From: Diadema antillarum
Lineage: Eukaryota
NCBI RefSeq assembly: GCF_040938485.1
Contig: NW_027270940.1
Coordinates: forward strand, 992,001-1,056,000
Reading direction: 5' to 3'
Length of the DNA: 64,000 nt
Under the pieces are notes generated by a model, which worked only from the letters and a program-made list of their open reading frames with translations, ran no database searches and had not been told where the DNA came from. The translations under genes and the position numbers were made by a program. Shown here one piece after another: positions 37,677 to 50,436 of this stretch (position 1 is the first letter of the stretch; each line of letters opens with the position of its first letter).

Positions 37677-39339
37677 TCCCCTAGGTAAATTAAGAAAATA
37701 TGTGAATACGGCTATACACTATGGTACAGATCAAGCCACATTTGACTACCTGTAGACCATCAACATGTTGAATAATTGCAAAATTGTTCATCAATGTATA
37801 TCATTCAAATCCAACTTCAAAGATACATATGTAGTTGTAACAGGCAAACTTCAAACATCTGAACGCTGTTACACTTTATTTTTACTTCTCTGTTTAAAGT
37901 TGGAGAGTTGTAAAACTAATGGTCACTGTGCAATTAACTGAGCACAAATGGACTAGTCATTGTTTGACGCCTAGTGCTGCTGTAAGTGGTCGACCTTGTA
38001 TGAGTTGATTTATCAGCGTTCTTCTGCGGTGCGTGTAACTGATACCCTGGCGTCCTGGAATGTTTTCTTTTTGTGGTTTACGTTTAAAGCAGGGAGGTGG
38101 GGAGAGAGATTCCACTCTTTCTCTTCCCACCTCCCTGTTTTACAGTGCACTCCTATTATAACGACCACGGTTATAACAAAATTCTGGTTATAACGAAGTA
38201 AAAATTTGAGCTGCAATGTCATCCACTATATGTATTTCTATTGTTTATTTGTTCAGTTATAACAACATTCAGATCTAACGAAAGAAAACTGCCAGTCCCG
38301 AGGATTTCGTTATAACAGGAGTCCACTGTATATGTAAAACCCCCGGATGCTCGTGATATGCTCTAATGTCGCCTGCTGAACTCCCGCCCCTGCAAAATAC
38401 CAACTGTAATTGCCTCGCAAAACTACCTCGTATAGGTAATAATCATGAATATGCGCTACAATCTTCTACGCTGGTGAGTGAAGATCATGGATCATCAGAC
38501 ACTGTTTCATTTGAAGTCAATGAAAGGTGTGTATTATAGTTGAATACGACTCCGATTTTCTCCTTTTTTTTGGGGGGGGGGGTGGAATAGAAGGGAAATT
38601 TAACTAGTAGACACCTAAATATGTTATTCCAGTAGAATGCCTTTATGTTGAATGATTAATGACATCTACACGATTTTGTCGCTGACAACAATATCAAAAT
38701 AGTTGTTCATGGCAAATGGTCAGCCAAGACTTACGTCGCATAATACATGGAAAGGGGTTAGTATTTTTTTTTAAACTATGTTGATTGTTGGGAACATTGT
38801 TCTTCTATCCATGTCTAGGTCTATTTTGTAATACATATACAAACGGTGATTGAATACAGGCAGCAAATAACGAATTGCCCGGCTATTAAGAAATCGCACG
38901 TCAATATAATATAGACTTTAGAACTAACATTTCTATAACGGAGGGGGAAGTAAACACCTATAGGAGAGTGAGGTCTAATCATTGGCGGATTTCGCCGCAT
39001 ATATTTTTGTCCTATTAATGTCTATTTAGGTAAAATAGAGAAACTAACCTGTCAATTTTTCTAATAGTTTATGTGTCATGGGAAGGAATAGTCGATAGTC
39101 TCCCATGAATGGGATGCGGTATGTGTTTTTACAGATGCAGGATCGAATGAGGTAACAGTACAGTGAGGTCTCGTCATTGTTTTTTGTTTCGTTTTGCTTT
39201 GCTTTGTTTCGTTTGTCAATGTTCGTTTTTGTTAGAATTCATTTCCATTCTATCAGTCGATTATTTCACTGTACATAAAGATTTCAGCAGTATAAAAAAA
39301 GTATCCTATGTGTAAATAAACATTCCATCTATTAAAGGC

Positions 39340-41989
39340 CTACCCTTATGGAAAGAACACAGTTTTACCACACTATGTAACACAGTGTGCAACACAGTGT
39401 GGCACACAGTGTCGAACACAGTGTGGAACACAGTGTGTAACACACTGTCGAACACATGTGTTTGATATGTGTTTAATATGTGATTTTGGGACGTGTGGTA
39501 ACACTGTGTATTTACCACAGTGTGAAACACAGCGTCACCACACTGTGCAACATAGCGTAACCACATGGTCCAAAACATATTAAATACACTGTGAATCAAA
39601 CCACAGTCTCACACACTGTGACCACAGGGTTATAACCACATAGTCCATTACACTGTGGTAGTCACCACATAGTCCGCCACACTGTGGTATTCACCACATA
39701 GTCCACCACACTATGGTATTCACCACATAGTCTACCACACTGTAGCAGTCACCACATAGTCCACCACACTATGGTATTCACCACATATTCTACCACTGTG
39801 GCAGTCACCACATAGTCCGCCACAGTACATTGTGGTAGTCACCACATAGTCATCACTCCAGTTGGTACTGCTGTGTGGTATTGTCCTGTGATAGTCATGT
39901 GGTATAGCATGCCAAGAAACAAAACCCACAAGAATATCCTGTGACATTTTTCTGTAATTAAAGTGTACAAGAAAGCAGTTGTAAACACAGTTTGAATTCA
40001 TACTACTGAATATTCTCGGCACACTACCAGAAGAAATTATTGTGTACAAGTAACAGACAGTGAAGTGGCATTTGTACATGGTTTTGTGGTTTTGGAAGAT
40101 GATAGTGATGCCTTTGCTCTCGTTAAGTATGTAGAGCATGATGGCCCATTTGTAAAGAATAGAGACAGGGAGAGCCATGCTGATGCTGGACACATCAGAG
40201 TAGTGAAACGTGTGCCCAATAGATTGTATACAATACCTCCTGGTGAAATGAATGGAAAGCATGTGATTCATGAGAGACACAGGGAAGTTATAACATGTCA
40301 CTTTTTGTTCTCTTTTCACAACTACAGATATTCCCAGTATTATATCATTTCTGGTGTTTGATGTTATGCATCCGTAAACAGTATTTACACAACATTAAAT
40401 GCATGATTTATTCATCTGAAGGTTGGATAAATGACATATATAGGTCATTTTCTCACATTAAATGAATCTGTTGTTCCATGCCAGTATATGAAATTTGAAA
40501 GGTATCAACTGAAATTAGAAAAAAAAATTAAGTATTGAACATTTGCAACTACCGTGTACTTACATTGTGTTGTATATTGTTAGCTATAAGTTATTGGTTT
40601 ATTACTTCATTGGATGATAAGACCAGTTAAGTTGCTTTACAAACTTGATAAAAATCGCTGGAGAGTAAATGTAGTGATGAGGTATATTCGTTTAATTTGA
40701 TACGTAAATGTACATTTATTAATAAACTACAATACTTGAATCCTTTGACCACACTGGTAAAATGCTCTCCCCCCAACAAAACCAGAAATAGCCTGGTTTT
40801 ATAAGGATTAACATGCCATGTGGATGTACAAGATCTGAAATCCCATACTGACAGCACTATACCAAAGTTCAATATACACCTCAATGTGGTAAACATGAGT
40901 CATTGTGTGTCAAAGTACTAGATGTTCAAAAAATAGTTTAAGCTTTTGATTGTGAATGACGGAAAACCCATGAAAATATAACTTTCCAGAAATTTACACA
41001 ATAGGTAGCTAATATAGGCATACAATTTTGTTGTATGCTGTTTCCTGCAATACTTTGAAACAGTACCCAACAAAATTATGCGTTATTCAGCGGATACCTA
41101 CTGTGTAAATTTGAGGAAAGTTAATTTCATTATTTTTTAGTTATTCAAAATAAAAAAATGTAGTGTTTTTTCCTGAACATCAAGTATGTGGATATTATTG
41201 TAGTGTTAAATCAATGATCTGAAATCCCACTGTGTAACAACATTATGGACACAGGAGTTTACATATTTCTATGTATACCATACTGTGTGTTCAGTATGCC
41301 AAGTACGTGGAGATGATGTAGGTGAATGATCTGAAACCCACAAAGTGACAACACCGAGCACAGGGTTTACACATAGTTCAGTATATACCACACTGTGGTA
41401 AGCACAAGTCACAGTGTCCGGTACACGAAGTCAGTGTGGATTATGTGGTAAATGAATGATCTGAAATCCCACAGTGTGACAACACTATCTACACAGAGTG
41501 TACACATAGTTCAAAATATACCACACTGTGTCAAACATGATTCACAGTGTGTTCAGTATGTCATCTATGTGGGGATTATGTGGTAAACCACTTAAACTGA
41601 AATACCAGACTGTGGTAGCATTATGAACACAGGGTTTATACATAGTTCGATACATGCCACACTGTGGTATATGTGTGCCACTCTGTGTTCAGTATACCAA
41701 TAAAGTGGTACACTATGTGATCTCAAATCCCACACCGTGACAACGCTGTGACCACATGGTTAGCACATTGTTTACACATAGTCAACTATGTGAACACACT
41801 GTCGTAACACTATGCCACACTGTGGTATATGTGTGCCACTCTGTGTTCGGTATGCCAGTTATGTGCTACACTATGTGATCTCAAATACCACACTGTGACA
41901 ACGCTGTGACCACATGGTTAACACATTGTTTACACATAGTCAACTATGTGAACACACTGTGGTAACACTGTGTTTGTTCCATAATGGTA
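39340..41989 (+). mobile_element. Non-autonomous CMC/EnSpm-like element, about 2.65 kb
   Basis: Imperfect TIR CCCTTATGGAAAGAACACAGTTTTACCACA / RC CCATTATGGAACAAACACAGTGTTACCACA with TA flanks; CACAGTGTG-rich subterminal arrays; remnant at about 39960-40320 (IHTTEYSRHTTRRNYCVQVTDSEVAFVHGFVV) resembling the C-terminus of animal EnSpm transposases. Confidence 0.6.
39632..39850. repeat. 29-bp minisatellite (CACCACATAGTCCACCACACTGTGGTATT), about 8 units
   Basis: Directly visible head-to-tail units without unique spacers. Confidence 0.85.
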
Positions 41990-43689
41990 TGCCTATAAGC
42001 ATTAAAGTCATTGTATTATGCGTATGAAAAATTGACATTTGTATAATAAGAAGAGATGCCTAGTTTTTCAGTTCATTTTAAGCAACAACAAAAAAAAATG
42101 TTGACAGGACATTACCTTCCTGACAATCGGTGACAAAATATTTGTCATCACTATATCAAAGCATGAGAACCGATTTTCGGGGCTGATATTCTTTCCTATA
42201 CACGCTGATAATACGCCATATACAAGCTGACACACAGAAAACTGGATTACTGTAACAAGTGTTCAACAAGGTGAGTCGACTGTACGGTGATTGAACTTTG
42301 GTGAATGATAATTTGATGTCAGTCATGTTGAACCTAACATCTCATTCTTTTAGCTCGTCGGAAAAAATGTTCATTACCATTTGACAAACCATCAAAGAAC
42401 ATGAAATTTGAGTAGCAATAACCATGATGTAACCAATAATCATAATATAAAACAGATATTATTCCAAAATACTGAATCTTCGTTTACTGAAATCTGATCA
42501 TCGGAACACAAATATTAAACTGCGTAAGGAAAAAAAAACCCGCTGTTATAACACTTTTTATTCCCGCAAGCATACCTCAACACTTTTTGACACTCTCTTC
42601 TCTGTACTTCAACCAAGATATGTAGACTGTCCTTTTTAGAAAGACTAAAGATAAAAAAATGAATAAATGTAATGTGTCATAACATGTATAACCTTATTAT
42701 TAGACACCAATGTGCCTCTAAAGCTGCAATTATTGTAACGGAAACCACAAACGTTCTTTAGAAATGAGCGAGAAATGATTCTATTTGGCTAAAAAAAATC
42801 ATCATTTTCATCAATCATTTTTCTGAGCTGCAGCATTGCCAGAAAGTGAGGGGGAAATATTTTGTTTTCCTTTTTATCTTTTTACAAATTGAATGCAGAT
42901 GTGCGATCGTTAAAGGCTCGCTAGCTCCGATTTTAACAATATTTTATTTCGAATAGAAAAACAATGAACTAAAGAAAATGATGTGCATTTTCTACTTTCC
43001 TCGGTCATTAAAAGAAAAATACCTATAGCGCAAAAAAGAAGGGAAAAAGAAGAAGATAAATGATATACCATAAATACGTATGATATAGATATGTATTTAG
43101 TAGTATAGACAATGCGACAATAATATGTATTTAATTATGTAAATGTTAATGTTTGCATAAATAATTTCACATAAACATTGTTTCATTGATATTACTATAT
43201 TTGCACCTCGACATACGTATACGTATACATACGTATTTGTCGAGGTCTTGTTAAGGATAAAATGCCTATAGGTATTATATCCGTAACAAGACACTTCGAT
43301 TGAACGGAAACTGTCAAGCCACTGCACCCTTCTCAGTCGTATATCACTCTCTGCCTTTTACAAAATTCCTACGATCAAAATCCACTGCATACAATTTTCA
43401 TGATTCGTTGACAAATATTTACCCAGACATATTACATAAAGGCCCTTCAGGATTAAAAGCAAACGTAATTGCAGCTGTTTGCTTTTTTTTTTTCAGGACC
43501 AAAATTCATGCGCTTGAATATCCTCAGCACCTTCGTTTTATTTCAGCATTTACAACCACAGCATTCTGTGAACGAACATTTCAAATAATTACTTCCTGTG
43601 ATTGTTGTGATTGAAATTGTTACAGCAACTACATCATTTTTTCTCCTTTATCTATTCATTTATTACTTATTTGCGTGCAAGACGTGGCA

Positions 43690-43826
43690 GGTTCAAAGTT
43701 TATGTGGGATTTCTCATTGCCTCAATACGGCTCTTCAGGATCAGAATGTATTTCGCGGGCTGAATGCACGGTCCCTATAGACGGCAAACTACGACGCAAT
43801 AGTTCCAATACAAGATGGCGTCAGCG
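43690..43826 (+). repeat. Dispersed repeat copy 2 (homologous to 5767-5903)
   Basis: Shared AAAGTT(C/T)ATGTGGGATT, GCCTCAATACGGCT, GATCAGAATG, ACGACGCAATAG, TTCCAATACAAGATGGCGTCAG. Confidence 0.7.
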
Positions 43827-45456
43827 CCTCCGTGTAAAACCCAAGCCGACTTCTATCAATGCATGCACACATGAACCCACACACATTAATGTGTGGTTTG
43901 GATAAATTCATTTTTTTTTTGGCAACTCGTATCTTCAATGTTCTTCACTGATTTCTTAAATTGCAACAACGTTGACGTAACCTAATGGCATATTGAAATA
44001 ACGTCAACATTTTTCGTTTTGCTAATAAGCTTTCTTCAAACCCGTTCTCCTTTGACATTACTAACGTTGTTGATAACCCGATTAAAATTCCAATTAGATT
44101 TTGACCTCTAGAAAACCATTAAGCTAATGATCTCAATGTGGAAAGTGAAACACTGGACCATAACAAAATCATTTTAAAACAAAGAGATACAGCTTGTTAG
44201 ACTATTATATAGAAAACCTCTGGACATATACCTCTTTCCTACCAATATAGTCCAAGCTTTGATGGACCATTATGGAAAGTGGTAATGCCACATCAGAAAC
44301 CCACACAGAAATTCAGAGTACAGAGAAAATTAATGTAAAATAAATGTATGGAAATAAAGTGTTGGATGATTATCATTTTTTTTTATGGGGGGGGGGGCGG
44401 TTGAAACAAAATATGCCGCATTCATCGTGGTGGTAATGAATGGAAATAATTATTCCATTCTTCAAAATTATGCAAATTTGTCTCAATATGAAGTGCGGAA
44501 CCCTATTTTGAAAAAAAAAAAATCATCACATCCAGCGCGTTGCGATAAGCTGGAAATATTCTAACATTCTGCATAAAAATGAGAACAAGTCCCTAATGGA
44601 TTCCCACATTCCTTTGGTCCTGACGTGTACTATCAGTCCATCAGGTTTTAATGGAGTCGTTTATGCTGGCTTCTATTGGATCATCAGAATGTCAGTTACT
44701 GACTGAAAGATTAAAAAAAAAAACTCTGGTTGCTGCTGGTCCGTCAAACTCCGACAGAAACCATTAGAAATCATCAGATATCTGTATAGGTCTTGGTGGT
44801 CTCTTCGGATAGTCCCTATAATGGAATAATTTATACCTCACCTTTAATATAGGGCCTACACCGTAATGCCCCATTCGAAAACCATGACAGATACACATGA
44901 CTGAGATATCACAATACCGTTTTCTGATGGTGTCTTTATTATATCAAAGACTGTTGTTTTGATTGCTCGAACAATAATTATTACGATCATCACATGGCCA
45001 TTAACCCTCTAGTGGAACTATTAGAGTTCTCGATGGTGTGTCATGGTTTTAAATGGATCGATCTACTTTCGACACGGGGAAAGTGAAACTATCTTTCCAT
45101 AAGGCTGGCCGTAAAAGCGAAAGTGAGTAGGTCCAATGTTATCGACACTGACTTCATGCCACACGCTTACTCTATACACGAACATTAGTTTTCACTCATT
45201 TCATCGGCATACATAGTCCGGCTGTCTTTTACCCCTATACCGGTTAATACCTGAGATTTATCAGTTTTTATACAGACTATGGATTTTTCATTAGATTTTT
45301 AAAAAATTTATTTATATACCACCTTATCATGTACATATACTCATTGATAATGTTTGACGATATTCTGGTGGGTTCCATAGTTTTATACACACCATTGAGT
45401 GATACATAATGTTGGCATCCAACAACGTTATAAAAATAATTGATACTAATTATGTT

Positions 45457-45780
45457 CGATTCAATTCATTTTCAAAGTTTATTTCGTTTTTCGACAAATA
45501 TGCATGTCACTTCCCTTGATAACAATGACAGTGAATAAGGTAAACCAAACATTGCAGAATGAAAAGACTATACAATAATTGAGGAAATTTAGAATTACTT
45601 TTCATTGTGATAAAAACAGAAGTGGTCGAAGTAAAGTATAACATTGCGCAAATTGCGAAAAATGGAGGGACCCACTAAACAGGCAGAGCTTGTAGAATGG
45701 GAATCAATGAAAAAATAAATTGAAACACCTAAAAAAAAAAGTCTGGAAGCCCCCTGAAAAATAGAGTACGCAAGTTCGTA
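45457..45780 (-). mobile_element. 5'-truncated 3' end of an L2-clade LINE
   Basis: Reverse complement matches the 3' UTR motif at 23660-23720 (CATTCTACAAGC...TTAGTGGGTCCCTCCATTTTTCG); ends AATAAA plus TGAAT-type tail. Confidence 0.75.
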
Positions 45781-45798
45781 AAATAATGTAACACTCAC

Positions 45799-45868
45799 CT
45801 TCTGCCGCAGCGCTACAGCACACAGAAGCCAATATTAGCAGAAAAACGAGGTTGAATCTGTTATTCAT
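45799..45868 (-). CDS. NLR first coding exon: signal peptide (70 bp, phase 1)
   Basis: ATG at 45868: MNNRFNLVFLLILASVCCSAAAE, then G|GTGAGT donor; phase matches the IgV exon. Confidence 0.82.
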
Positions 45869-46812
45869 TGCAGAGAGGAGACGATTGAGGCAGTGTATAA
45901 AGTCGATTACACGATTTAATTGTATTGTTCTAGCAGTCTGTCAAAATATGATCCTCTCCCTCGCATTTTGCAAGAAGAGGGAGATACATTGGGCACACTA
46001 AACATAATCTATATCCTTTGGAGACAAACGGGATTCTTTTGTTAAAAAAAAGAAGAAAGTTTATCGGGTAGAGTAAACGCCCTGTTCCACGATGCAACGC
46101 GCCCGTCTTCCTTACAAACTCGATGACTTTTTATCAAGCATACTTGGTACAATATATCGTTAAAAAAATGCCGACGAGACATCTATGGTGTGTTATGTAG
46201 CGTCCCAATGAGTGACTAACAACATAATAGACGCTATGTGATCATGCTGATGCATTGTGGGTGTCTGCAGGGGACTGCTGTGAAGTTTGGCGCCAGGAGG
46301 TAGTGAACAAAGGTCACTGCAGTTCAGGTATCGTGCACAACATACGTGTAGACACACTCCCTCGTTTGTGGGTGTACTTCAGTCGAATCTATAAAAATCA
46401 GAGCGTTTGCGTCTATATGAAACAAAAATGTCCAAAGTTCGATTTCATTTCATTGTGAGCTGAATATCTAAACCATTCGAATAGATTAAAACATACATGT
46501 ATGTCGAGATGTTAAAAACTACTTTTTTGAAATTGTATGGATGTTTAAAAAAAAAATCTACAAAGATAATCCATTTACTAAGCCCTTAATAATACATTGA
46601 TGTGCAATGATCATGTATGCATGAATTGTCTATAGAGTTGTTAGGATCACTGTCATTTTGGATGCATGCACAAAAGTCATTATTATTGGCTTTATGTAAC
46701 TTCGTGTCTTCTTATTTGGCAGCTGGGAACCGTGCTGTCTATATAATACTGCATGACAGAGTATCTTCGTGTTGATGATAGAGAAGAAATTGTGCCCCTT
46801 CAGAATCTTTTT

Positions 46813-46985
46813 AACTGAATTGAAATCAAATTTCATTTTATTCATAACTATACAACAATGACAAAGTGTTTAAATGTAATACCAAAGACCTACATTAAAA
46901 AAGAAAATTTGAAAGAGGAAGAATTGCATTATTGCAAAAGAGAGGCCCAGAGTGAAGGACAAGCTTGTTAGCATGTGGCCACTCA
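46813..46985 (-). mobile_element. Short L2-type LINE 3' end
   Basis: RC AACAAGCTTGTCCTTCACTCTGGGCC, then AATAAA and TTGA/TTCA tail. Confidence 0.5.
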
Positions 46986-49492
46986 TTAAATGTTGTTAAT
47001 GCTCGGTATTCCGAAGGAAAATAAGATGCGTTTCTTGAAGTTCGTTAATCCGAAAATGAAAATAAGATTCGTTATTCAGAAGATTCAGTAATCCAGGTGA
47101 AATAAGGTTCGTTTGTTAGTACACAGCTAGTTTTCTCATTTTACCTTTAAACCCATTGATATTGTTTTCATTATTATTTCTGTCATTATTATTATTATTA
47201 TTTTCCTAATGTTCATGATACTACTACTACTACGTAAATAATAATAAAAATTATTATCATTAATAAAATTGTTATTATTGTTATTATTATTACATTTTTT
47301 AAAGAATTCTCCTCCCAACTGTGTTTCTATCTTTGTCTCCCTGTGACATCACATACTGTTGAAGTCTTCTTATCCAGCAATATTGTTGGACCCAAAATAC
47401 TAACCAACTTTCTAAATAAACAAATAAACAAAAATTGTAACTTACAACTAATTTAACTTATTTGCTCTTCTCTGCTTATATTTCTACATCACTCAACGAA
47501 CATAATTGTGTTCCGTAAATGAAATAAGTGTGTTTTGTTCTTGCGATTAGTTTGTAATCTCCAAAGCATGAGTTCCCTTCATCATACGTTTTGTTTTGTT
47601 TATTGATCATCAGTATGTTGGATTTTTCTTTTATTCAGATGTGGAAAGCCTTCCGCTACCCCTTCGCTTTTTTGTTTTTGTTTTTTGGTTATATTCCCGT
47701 GATACAGAGGGGAAACAATTTCTCAGCCTTTAATCCGTAACATTTTTTTTTTATCAGTCAGAAAAAAGGCTATCGGCTTACAAGGAATGTAGTATCTTCT
47801 CGTCACTTCGTTTTTATTTGTTTCAGGCCTGCCCGAAAATACGGATAATGATATATGAAAATATGCCCTGATTGTGCTCTCCCTCCCCCTCTGCGTAAAA
47901 TCAGGGTCAAATTTTTATTCTTTATCTTCATGTGCTTTGTCATAAATATGTACTTCCTACTACGAGAATGCAAATAACTGATGTATGTATTCTTTGTGCG
48001 AGAAACCCTCGAGGAAGCAGCACCCTGGAGACAAAAAAAAAATCAACATGTGGCGCTGGAAAACTAGACATAATTTTGTCGTTTCTTCCTGGATATGATA
48101 TGTATAATGATTGATGGTGATGGAACTTCACGTTGTTTAGTGCCACAAAAATGATGTGCTTGCGTTTGATTGTCAACGTCTCCTCGAGCATTTAACATTA
48201 AAATGTATATACATGAAACAAACTGTGTACCGTGCCAGTATTAGAGCTTCTCAGATGCATTTTGATCTCATAAATAATATTCAAATGTTATATCGTATTT
48301 CCATCCCCCTCCCCCCCCCAAAAAAAAATACAACGGCCCCCTCCGCAACAATAACTTTAAGATTAGTGAGTCAATCCAAATACAAACTCAAGGCATGAAA
48401 CCATATAACTAATTACCCACATCTTACGAAAAACCTATTTTTGAAGAGCAAGTTAGAAATCTCTTTCCTCCAAATTCTGTCCTTGTGTTTACACGTTAAT
48501 ATGGAGTTCCAAGACCATCCAAGTGCTAGACTTGGAAGAATCAGATCCATAGCATGCTTTACAACGATCAACATCTTTTCTGTGCCCACTTAATAATCAA
48601 ACTGAATGGGGTTTTCTGCAAAATAAAGGGAAGATATTATATTTTCAAACCCTGAGATAGCCGCCCTAAGACAGCTTTTTTCATATGGGAAGTTAAAAAT
48701 GTGAAAATCCGATTGTATTTTTACCACATTTCTTTGGAAGGGGGGGGGGGAGCATACTTTTCATTCCAATACACATCATAAATATTCATTGTTTCGTTTC
48801 CACCCATAGGCATTTTGATGTAAGTCTGTTTCGTGAAGATACTCACGCTCGATTAAAGCCGATATTATTTGATAACAGTTCGAGCGTAACTTCTTTTTTT
48901 TTTGGGGGGGGGGGGGGGATTGCATCAATCTTTGTGAAACGGGTCCCTGATCTTTATATCGGCAACACATTGTACGAAATATTTTTCTAAGTTCTCGCCT
49001 TTCCATGAAATATGCATTTTACCCAATTTCCTTTTGAACCTGTTCAGATTACATGAATTACGCATTCCCATATAAACACTCTCAATACAAAGTAGCAGTG
49101 CTTAGATTGCATTTGAAAGCCTCAAAAATCAACGATGATGATAAGTCAGCAAGTCCAGCAAGAAATTACTTTCTTCACAGGTAAATTGCATATAGTTTAA
49201 TTACAATTCAAACGACACCGTCGTGCAAATGATATCATCATTTCATTTTATTGCCTGTCCAAATTGACTGAGACATCAAGGACTTCTTTGGGCGTCGTGG
49301 AGTCGGGGAAAATCTACATCCCTAAATGGAAGACTTCTCTTTTACAGAATAGTTCGGACTAATGGCAAACATTTTGATGACCCTTTTGGCATGTTGGATC
49401 CTTTCCTTTCTCTCAATGGAAGCATGATATTGGCGCCCTCTTGACAAGGAAGTCTCTTAGTGACGCTCATCACGTCCGAGTATCAGGACATA

Positions 49493-49552
49493 GGCTTATT
49501 TACACGCAAGAGTCAATAAGCGTGGCTTATTTACACGCAAGAGTCAATAAGC
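49493..49552. repeat. Local tandem duplication, 31-bp period (GGCTTATTTACACGCAAGAGTCAATAAGC x2)
   Basis: Directly visible. Confidence 0.9.
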
Positions 49553-50056
49553 CTGTAAAATGCTTTAAGAAGCAATATTTTTGGTATTTATTTGCAAGGC
49601 AAAATCTCGTATTTCATAATCATACAATAGCTCTCAATAATCTTACAACAACATTATACTTTGTTCGTACGTTACATCACACAGGCCGTGCAATACACGA
49701 TGCTCCAACACTCTGTCCTGCTTTCGAAGACATCCTTCTTTGAAGCCATTTTCTCATAATCTTCTGATTTGAATATCGCCCGCTCTAGCTGTGTGCCTCC
49801 ACTTTTAAGAGGTTTTTCTCCCGGCCAACTTTGGTGTTGTCATACATATATTCAATATTGAACCTAGCAATGCACAGAGCGCATCTACAATCGTAGAGTG
49901 TCCACGCTCCATGGACCGGGCCGCAAAGGACTTCGCGCTCATGACATGTACTACCCGGACATACAGTATATTTTGCACAAAATTATGACATCAGTAAAAT
50001 TATAAATAAATGATGATTATTAAAATCCTCATTTCCCTCTAGAAGTCCAGGTCCTG

Positions 50057-50202
50057 GGACCCGTTTCATGAAACTTGTCATCAGTGACAAGTTGTCATAG
50101 ATTTGACAAGCTACTGGAATCCTTACATCTGATTGACTGAGAGAAAATTTGTCATAGAAATGTGGCAGTTTTCACTGATGACAAGTTTTATGAAACGGGC
50201 CC
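50057..50202. mobile_element. 146-bp Harbinger-type MITE
   Basis: TIR GG(A/G)CCCGTTTCAT(G/A)AAACTTGTCATCAGTGA; 3-bp TSD CTG. Confidence 0.8.
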
Positions 50203-50436
50203 CTGGACTATACCGCCTGGCGGTAGGAACGTCCATTTAGGAGATGCTGCACTTAATGAGGGTGTAGTCGGCACTTCGCCCAACTAATACCTACAAGAGT
50301 ACACAGTCCACTTCCAATATGGAAGCACTGCAAGCACTCTGCAACTGAAATTACATCGTTACTCGCTACAGCCTTCTCTATATCGACTAACCGTGGCTCA
50401 CCTATCATAAATCCAATTTGTTTCATTGTTTCTATT

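Larger units (their letters stand above)
36569..38443. repeat. Direct tandem duplication, 941-bp period, in NLR intron 1
   Basis: GACTGGCCC at 36586 and 37527; both units carry the same foldback, spacer and MITE with identical flanks and few substitutions. Confidence 0.92.
13711..45868 (-). pseudogene. Membrane-anchored NLR-like receptor gene (SP-IgV-Ig-TM-NACHT-LRR), 11 exons, with a premature stop and a probable frameshift
   Basis: Exons 45868-45799, 36442-36143, 35244-34894, 34331-34206, 33799-33725, 31004-29503, 27103-26942, 24216-24031, 17252-17082, 15671-15504 and 14321-13711. All splice sites are AG/GT and phases are consistent (1,1,1,1,1,0,0,0,0,0). In-frame TAA at 29577-29575; frame break near 14100. 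Confidence 0.8.

Noticed and set aside
39632-39850. Regular 29-bp repeats resembling a CRISPR array
   Set aside because: Units are head-to-tail with no unique spacers, there are no cas genes, and they sit inside a eukaryotic transposon; it is a minisatellite.
39732-40319. 195-aa minus-strand ORF
   Set aside because: Antisense to the transposase remnant and running into the minisatellite.
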